A stretch of 43,181 nucleotides of DNA, taken from the sequence record DRR723986_6322; one strand, written 5' to 3'. The notes under the pieces were generated by a model that worked only from the letters and a program-made list of their open reading frames with translations, did no database searches and had not been told where the DNA came from. The position numbers and the translations under genes were made by a program. Within the stretch, counting starts at the first letter, position 1. Each line of letters starts with the position of its first letter. Of this stretch, positions 37,543 to 43,181 are shown piece after piece.

Positions 37543-37896
37543 ATGAAAAGTCATCTTATCGCTTTAATGGGTGCAGCCATTCTTATGGCACCGGCAGTGC
37601 ATAGTGCTGATTGCGGCGAGCCACCGTTGGATATGCCCTTTGTGCCCGAAGGCGAAACAGTTTCGGCCGATGCTGTCCGCAAGGCCAGGGCCGAAGTATT
37701 GGCCTATTCCGGTGAGGTTGATAAGTTTATCCAGTGTATGGACCAGCGGGTGGCGAAATTTGCGTCTTACATGACCAAAGACCAATTGACCCGTCGGCAG
37801 GAAGATATTGATGATTTGCACAATCAAAGACGTGACCTTCAGATTAAGCTGAACGAAGCTATTAGGGCGCTACGCAGGCAGTCTAGCAACAGCTAA
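37543..37896 (+). CDS. Small secreted helical hypothetical protein
   Basis: GAAGG RBS; signal peptide; C..P..P and second Cys; amphipathic helices. Confidence 0.8.
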   Translation: MKSHLIALMGAAILMAPAVHSADCGEPPLDMPFVPEGETVSADAVRKARAEVLAYSGEVDKFIQCMDQRVAKFASYMTKDQLTRRQEDIDDLHNQRRDLQIKLNEAIRALRRQSSNS

Positions 37897-37923
37897 GCCG
37901 GTTTACATAAATCGCTTTTCACC

Positions 37924-37946
37924 AAGGGGCCATCGGCCCCTTTTTT
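37924..37946 (+). terminator. Intrinsic terminator
   Basis: AAGGGGCC-ATC-GGCCCC-TTTTTT. Confidence 0.85.
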
Positions 37947-37986
37947 GTTGCACGCTGTTGTCGTGAACAAGCCATACAAACAAAAG

Positions 37987-38002
37987 TGGACTGATCAGTC
38001 CA
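37987..38002. promoter_or_regulatory. Perfect 16-bp palindromic operator (TetR-like) upstream of acyl-CoA dehydrogenase
   Basis: TGGACTGATCAGTCCA, 6 nt before a TTGACT -35-like hexamer. Confidence 0.7.
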
Positions 38003-38079
38003 TAAAAGTTGACTTGTAAGAGAAGCCGCCCCATTTTCTATGGTAGACGTGTAAATTGTATAACCATAGGGATACCAGC

Positions 38080-39219
38080 ATGCTGGCTCAGCGCGACGTT
38101 TACGAAGAAGAACATCATATTTTCCGCGATTCAGTGCGTAAATTTTTCCAAACCGAAGCAACACCGTATGGCAAGGAATGGAGTGACGCAGGACAAGTGC
38201 CACGGGCGTTTTGGAACAAGTTGGGTGAAACTGGTTTGTTATGCCCCCAATTGCCGGAAGAATACGGCGGTGTTGGCGGTGATTACCGGCTGAATTGCAT
38301 TATTAATGAAGAACAAATTTATAACCGTGGTGGCGGCGCGGCCATTGCAGTGCACTCCGATATTGTTGCGCCTTATTTGCTGGATTATGGCTCAGACGAT
38401 TTGAAAGAGCGCATATTACCCAAAATGGCGACAGGCGAAATGGTCGGTGCGATCGCGATGACCGAGCCAGGTACAGGCAGTGATTTGCAGGGTATGAAAA
38501 CCACAGCGAAACTAGACGGTAATCATTATGTGGTGAACGGCTCTAAAACCTTTATCTCGAACGGACAAAATTGCGATTTCGTTATCGTTGCCTGCAAAAC
38601 CGATGCGTCAGCTGGTGCTAAAGGCGTGAGCCTGATTGTTGTTGAGGCTGACCGCGAGGGTTTCAGACGTGGGCGTAACCTTGATAAAATTGGCCAGCAT
38701 TCGTCAGATACATCTGAACTGTTTTTTGACGAGGTGCGTGTGCCTGCCACCAACATGATTGGTCAAGAAGGCGCAGGCTTTATGTATCTAATGCAGCAAT
38801 TGCCGCAGGAACGGCTTTCCATTGGTTTCATTGCCATGGCCGGCGCGCAGCGGGCGTTCGATATTACCCTTGATTATGTCAAAGAGCGGGAAGCTTTCGG
38901 AAAGCCGATCATGAATTTCCAGAACACCCGTTTTAAAATGGCGGAAATGAAAACGGAACTTGAGGTTGGCTGGGCCTTTGTAGACCAGTGTCTATCGCGG
39001 CACATTAAAGGCAAACTCGATGCACAGGGCGGCGCTATGTCCAAATTATGGACCACAGAGATGCAGGGCCGGGTGGTTGACACTTGTGTGCAACTTCATG
39101 GGGGCTATGGCTTTATGTCTGAGTATGAGATTGCGCACCATTATACCGATAGCCGCGTTCAGCGTATTTATGGAGGCACGTCTGAAATCATGAAAGAGTT
39201 AATCGGCCGCACGCTATAG
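38080..39219 (+). CDS. Acyl-CoA dehydrogenase (LCAD-like)
   Basis: AIAMTEPGTGSDL, NGSKTFISNG, LPQERL, QLHGGYG, RIYGGTSEIMKE. Confidence 0.95.
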   Translation: MLAQRDVYEEEHHIFRDSVRKFFQTEATPYGKEWSDAGQVPRAFWNKLGETGLLCPQLPEEYGGVGGDYRLNCIINEEQIYNRGGGAAIAVHSDIVAPYLLDYGSDDLKERILPKMATGEMVGAIAMTEPGTGSDLQGMKTTAKLDGNHYVVNGSKTFISNGQNCDFVIVACKTDASAGAKGVSLIVVEADREGFRRGRNLDKIGQHSSDTSELFFDEVRVPATNMIGQEGAGFMYLMQQLPQERLSIGFIAMAGAQRAFDITLDYVKEREAFGKPIMNFQNTRFKMAEMKTELEVGWAFVDQCLSRHIKGKLDAQGGAMSKLWTTEMQGRVVDTCVQLHGGYGFMSEYEIAHHYTDSRVQRIYGGTSEIMKELIGRTL

Positions 39220-39241
39220 CATGCAGCCGATAGTATTCTTG

Positions 39242-40639
39242 TTAGGTTTTTTTAAGCCAGGCAAGCCACCAGAGCCGGCCACCCAGTAAAATGGTGGCTG
39301 CGATCAAACCAGATGTTAGCCCGTACCAAATACCCACAGCGCCCATAGTGGAGGCGCCCAGTATCGCTGCAACCGGAAAACCTATCAGCCAATAGCTGAT
39401 ACCGGACAGGTACATGGGCCACTGCACATCCTTAAGTCCTCGCAGTATCTGGTTTGCGGCAACCTGCGCTGCATCAAACACCATAAAGGTCGCAGCGATT
39501 GGCAAGAACAAAAGAACCAGTTCAATTACGGGCGCATTTACCGGGTCGTCAGGGGCCAGATAAAATGCTGCAACACCATTAGGGAAGAAAGCGAGAATGA
39601 GGGCAAGCGCAATAACCGAGAGGATTGCAGCAACCAGAGTAACCATAGCCGCTCGCTGAACCGCCCCCTTGTTTTTTGCGCCTTCTGCCAAACCAACACG
39701 CACCGCCCCCGCCATGGAAATGCCCCAGGGTAACATGAAAGCGAGCGCCACCACATTGATCGAAATCTGGTAGGCTGCCACCTCCATAATGCCGATTAGG
39801 CCCATAAGGATAACCGCAGAGTTAAACAGCATGCCTTCAAAAATGGTGGTCATGCTGATCGGCCATCCAAGGGCAACAACCTCGCGGAAACGCGGCCAGT
39901 CTGATCGCCAGAAATGCTGGAACAAATCAAATGTTCTGCCGCGTCTGTCGACCGCAATATAGCCAACAAAGAGGAAGAACCCGATCGTGTAGGACAGGGA
40001 AGACGCGATTCCGGCTCCTACCAGTTCCAGTCTTGGCACACCAAAATGACCGAAGATGAGCACATAGTTCAAACCAGCGTTGATCAAGGTTGTGATGATA
40101 ACCAACACAAGCGGGATATTCGTTTTGCCCAGAGCGGCTAAAAAGTTGCGAAGCACCATTGTTGCCAAAGCAAAAGGCCACCCGAAAGCAAGTGCGAGCA
40201 CATAGTCTGCGGCTTTTGCAGAAACGTTAGGGTCTTGACCTAACGCCAGGGCAATAGGCTCAGTGAGCAATAGCGCGCCAAGCACAATGGGCGACATCAA
40301 AAAGATAACCCATAGCGCCATACGTACAGAACGGCGCACATCGCGTGTGTCATTTTGGTCTGCGCCCAATGCTTGGCTTACCAAAGGCGAAACTGCCATC
40401 ACCGGCCCTGCCCCGACCATCCAGAGGGCGAAATATATTACAGTGCCAAGCGAGGCCGCTGCCAAGTCTTCTGGTGAAATCCGACCAATCATCAAAACAT
40501 CAACGGTATAAACCGCAAACGCCGCCAACTGGGTTAAGGCCATGGGAATACCCAATGAAAGCACACTGCGTGCTTCATCTTGCCAATTGTCAGGAAGAAT
40601 TACTTTTTGCGGGCTTTGGCCCGTTTCTAAAGTCGTCAT
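39242..40639 (-). CDS. MATE family efflux transporter (NorM-like)
   Basis: VDVLMIGR, LNYVLIFGHFGVPRLELVGAGIA, LGWPI..FE, FDAAQV..LRGLKD, GAVGIW. Confidence 0.95.
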   Translation of the reverse strand: MTTLETGQSPQKVILPDNWQDEARSVLSLGIPMALTQLAAFAVYTVDVLMIGRISPEDLAAASLGTVIYFALWMVGAGPVMAVSPLVSQALGADQNDTRDVRRSVRMALWVIFLMSPIVLGALLLTEPIALALGQDPNVSAKAADYVLALAFGWPFALATMVLRNFLAALGKTNIPLVLVIITTLINAGLNYVLIFGHFGVPRLELVGAGIASSLSYTIGFFLFVGYIAVDRRGRTFDLFQHFWRSDWPRFREVVALGWPISMTTIFEGMLFNSAVILMGLIGIMEVAAYQISINVVALAFMLPWGISMAGAVRVGLAEGAKNKGAVQRAAMVTLVAAILSVIALALILAFFPNGVAAFYLAPDDPVNAPVIELVLLFLPIAATFMVFDAAQVAANQILRGLKDVQWPMYLSGISYWLIGFPVAAILGASTMGAVGIWYGLTSGLIAATILLGGRLWWLAWLKKT

Positions 40640-40739
40640 AATAGAAGTTCCGTATCAGTGTTTTGGTAAACGCTACGGAATTTTTGGAAGATGTCCGAGC
40701 GTTGAAGAAAGGCTCGGATGAGGCAAGGAGAAAGGGTTA

Positions 40740-40835
40740 CTAAATCTCAATGTCGTTCGAGCATACAGCAATAGCTGCAACCGGGCCGCGTGAGCCGGTT
40801 GGTAGCGTGCCGAAATATGTCGAACATTTATTCAT
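40740..40835 (-). CDS. Putative leader peptide of the MATE pump (31 aa)
   Basis: AAAGAGAGAG RBS; MNKCSTYFGTLPTGSRGPVAAIAVCSNDIEI with double stop TAG TAA; two hairpins downstream. Confidence 0.55.
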   Translation of the reverse strand: MNKCSTYFGTLPTGSRGPVAAIAVCSNDIEI

Positions 40836-40988
40836 TGAAACTCTCTCTTTGTGTTGGACTGAGTGGATAATCGATTTATACGCCCTCGTCAATTGTTAAA
40901 CATCTTTGCAAATATTTGCGGGCTGATTTGCTTCATGCTAGACCACGGTTTGCTTGCTCAAAATAAACAATTTAAGGACTAGCCCGCT

Positions 40989-41162
40989 ATGGCCCGCAGA
41001 AAAGTAACGTTGAAAACCACGCTGCCGCACGGCGAGTTTTATTGGGTAACCAATGTAGATGCCGGTAGCGATGAAGAAGCCGTTGTCGCCGCGGAAAACC
41101 TGTTCATGGCAGAGATGGAGCGCATAAACGAATGGGAATTTACCGATTTTGATGTTGAGTAG
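40989..41162 (+). CDS. Small hypothetical protein (57 aa)
   Basis: AAGGA RBS; MARRKVTLKTTLPHGEFYWVTNVDAGSDEEAVVAAENLFMAEMERINEWEFTDFDVE*; not in the ORF track. Confidence 0.8.
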   Translation: MARRKVTLKTTLPHGEFYWVTNVDAGSDEEAVVAAENLFMAEMERINEWEFTDFDVE

Positions 41163-41174
41163 TGAGCGCGAAGC

Positions 41175-41735
41175 CTAACACTGTGTGTCTTCTGTCGCAG
41201 CCCATCGCTCCATTGCATCTAACGAGGCAACCAGCCGGTTCTCGTGGGCGGTGCGCTGGCCGAAAAACCAGAAGCGGTCTTTATAGGTGGCAGGTTCGAT
41301 AATTTCCTCAATATTCAACAGTGTCTGGCACGGCCCGATGACGTCAAGTGTGGTTGAAACCCAGCGGATGTCTTGGTCGGACGTTTGAATAAGCTTTAAA
41401 ACTCTACCTGCTAGCAGATTCTCGGTGCGCTCTACCGCTTGCCATCTCTTAAAGCCTTGTTTCCAGAAAATTAGACGGGTCGAACCGGCCTCTGTTGTTG
41501 GTCCGGTTAACTGGACCATGTCGATCATCTCGGCTTGCCATTTGTCACGGCTTTCATCATCTGATACCAACGACCATACAGTCTCAGCACTGGCGTTAAT
41601 GATGCGTTGGTTCACCACTTCAAATGCGGTGTCATACACAACAATAGCGCGCACAATAACGCCGAATATCATGGCTGAAATCAATATAACGATTGATTTG
41701 TGGTACAGGTTCCAATCCCTGAACTTATCGCGCAT
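41175..41735 (-). CDS. Membrane-anchored SRPBCC (polyketide cyclase 2-like) protein
   Basis: TM helix then INASAETVWSLVSD...KW START-like start. Confidence 0.8.
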   Translation of the reverse strand: MRDKFRDWNLYHKSIVILISAMIFGVIVRAIVVYDTAFEVVNQRIINASAETVWSLVSDDESRDKWQAEMIDMVQLTGPTTEAGSTRLIFWKQGFKRWQAVERTENLLAGRVLKLIQTSDQDIRWVSTTLDVIGPCQTLLNIEEIIEPATYKDRFWFFGQRTAHENRLVASLDAMERWAATEDTQC

Positions 41736-41873
41736 GTTACGTTTCCTAGCATCTATCCTGTTAGTCTTGATGACTATGATCTGTTGATTATACAGGGCTC
41801 ATTTCTTGAGCCTTGACCAATCCGCCAATCCCAACCAAGGTGGGGCTGAAATTAGTCTATTGGGAGCGACACT

Positions 41874-42263
41874 ATGACTATCACACTTATTTCAGCAAGT
41901 TTTTTGGGGCTTTTGTTGGTTTATCTTTCTTATAATGTATCCAGGAATCGGTTGCGTGCCAAAGTAGATATGGGCACGGGCGATGATGCCGGGCTTTTGG
42001 CAGCGTCTCGCGCTCAGGGCAACCTGATTGAATATGCCCCGATGGGTCTGATTCTGATTGGCCTGTTGGAATATTCACGGGTTAGTTGGTATTTGGTCAT
42101 GGCCGTTGCTGTTGCGCTTGTTGTTGGCCGGTATATGCACGGGCTTACACTGGGTAAATTTGAAGGCAAAAATCCGTTTCGCTTTTACGGAACACTGCTG
42201 ACTTGGTTGTCGCTGCTGGTTGCCAGTATCGCCGGTCTGTTGAAGGGCTATGGTTTGTTATAG
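41874..42263 (+). CDS. MAPEG family membrane protein
   Basis: RAQGNLIEYAP, GRYMH, four TM helices. Confidence 0.92.
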   Translation: MTITLISASFLGLLLVYLSYNVSRNRLRAKVDMGTGDDAGLLAASRAQGNLIEYAPMGLILIGLLEYSRVSWYLVMAVAVALVVGRYMHGLTLGKFEGKNPFRFYGTLLTWLSLLVASIAGLLKGYGLL

Positions 42264-42287
42264 AGGTGAACTGGATAAAAATTACAC

Positions 42288-42321
42288 AGGGTGCTCATGT
42301 TTTATGGAGCACCCTTTTTTT
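42288..42321 (+). terminator. Intrinsic terminator
   Basis: AGGGTGCTC..GAGCACCCT followed by T run. Confidence 0.85.
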
Positions 42322-42444
42322 ATTTGAAAATAAACGAAGGGCAATTTCACCGCCATTCGTAACAGGGTTAATTGCAATTGCCTGCGCTTTAATAGCCAGC
42401 GGTATAAGCGTAGGTGCCGGTATTTATTGGGACGATATATTTAT

Positions 42445-43181
42445 ATGACTTTCACTTTCAGCTCTAAACCCTCATTGAACATTGTGATTGCAAGCAGCCT
42501 CGCTTTATTTTTGGCCGCTTGCAACGGCGACGAGACAACATCCTCTGCGCCTGTGGTTACACCAGTTGCAACCGCAACCAACAGCGCCCCTACGGTGAGT
42601 GCTGCAGTGCCAGATCAAACTATATTTGAGGGGCAGGCCTACAGCTTTGATGCTACTCAAAATGGGGCAACATTTACTGACAGTGACAATGACCTGCTTG
42701 AATATTCCATATCGTTTGATGTCACAAACACCGGCCTGACTAGTGACGGCGGTACCATTTCGGGCACGCCCACTTTTATTGGTACAATCGTTGTGACCAT
42801 CACCGCATCGGACGGCAACGGCGGCAGTGCTTCAGACAGTTTTCTTATTACTGTTGCTGCAGCGTCAGCAAACCGGCCTATTTTGCCAACAACACTATTT
42901 AATTACGCCAATCAGGACTTGCCTGCCCATTACACACAGCCCAATGCAAATTTGGGTAATGTTGACCGCACCGATAATACACCAAACAACAACCCCATTA
43001 CCGACGAAGGCGCAACGCTGGGGCGGGTTTTGTTTTATGATAAACGCTTATCAGCCAACGACACGGTAGCGTGTGCCTCGTGCCATATTCAGGCCAATGG
43101 ATTCACCGACCCGGCAGTATTAAGTGTTGGGTTTGACGGCGGTGAAACCGGTCGGCATTCCATGCGGCTTGGCAATGCACG
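42445..43181 (+). CDS. Lipoprotein with Ig/cadherin-like domain fused to a di-heme cytochrome c peroxidase (bCcP/MauG family); partial
   Basis: Open frame +1 to the window end: lipobox LAAC; NSAPTV..PDQ..FTDSDND..ISGTP..VTITASDG; then NPITDEGATLGRVLFYDKRLS..CASCH. Not in the ORF track. Confidence 0.88.
   Translation, partial: MTFTFSSKPSLNIVIASSLALFLAACNGDETTSSAPVVTPVATATNSAPTVSAAVPDQTIFEGQAYSFDATQNGATFTDSDNDLLEYSISFDVTNTGLTSDGGTISGTPTFIGTIVVTITASDGNGGSASDSFLITVAAASANRPILPTTLFNYANQDLPAHYTQPNANLGNVDRTDNTPNNNPITDEGATLGRVLFYDKRLSANDTVACASCHIQANGFTDPAVLSVGFDGGETGRHSMRLGNA

Overview
Chromosomal region of an alphaproteobacterium, inferred from the ribF/ileS/lspA/DUF3035 neighbourhood, alpha-type cheY-cheZ, a tipF-like EAL gene and CtrA boxes; a marine Kordiimonas-like origin is only an impression. 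The window opens at the 3' end of a tRNA-fMet gene. A decayed integration hotspot follows, with tRNA-derived repeats split at the T-loop, an IHF site, a displaced tRNA fragment, an RTX gene stump, a shortened LuxR solo and an orphan secreted protein. Next come a probable COG4337 iota-carbonic anhydrase, an EthA-like BVMO, two SDRs (one with a Tat signal) and an Lrp/IlvE/cupin group. A divergent MurNAc catabolic cluster follows: SSS transporter plus BadF-family kinase on one side, murQ, an FAD D-2-hydroxyacid dehydrogenase and nagA on the other. The rest is an M1 peptidase-DUF6702 pair, an AT-rich alpha/beta-hydrolase-like gene, mutL, an ArsR-SRPBCC pair, the core ribF-ileS-lspA and cheY-cheZ-tipF genes, lipid metabolism genes, a MATE pump and a partial Ig-domain cytochrome c peroxidase lipoprotein. 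The most notable unannotated signals are an Ile-rich leader peptide before ileS, a leader peptide with an RBS-sequestering hairpin before the MATE pump, a shared 16-bp operator on two lipid genes, a probable D-lactate dehydrogenase inside the murQ operon, and a degenerate HEPN-like protein with a histone H1-like tail. No integrase, transposase or CRISPR array is visible. All family assignments come from reading motifs, not from database searches.
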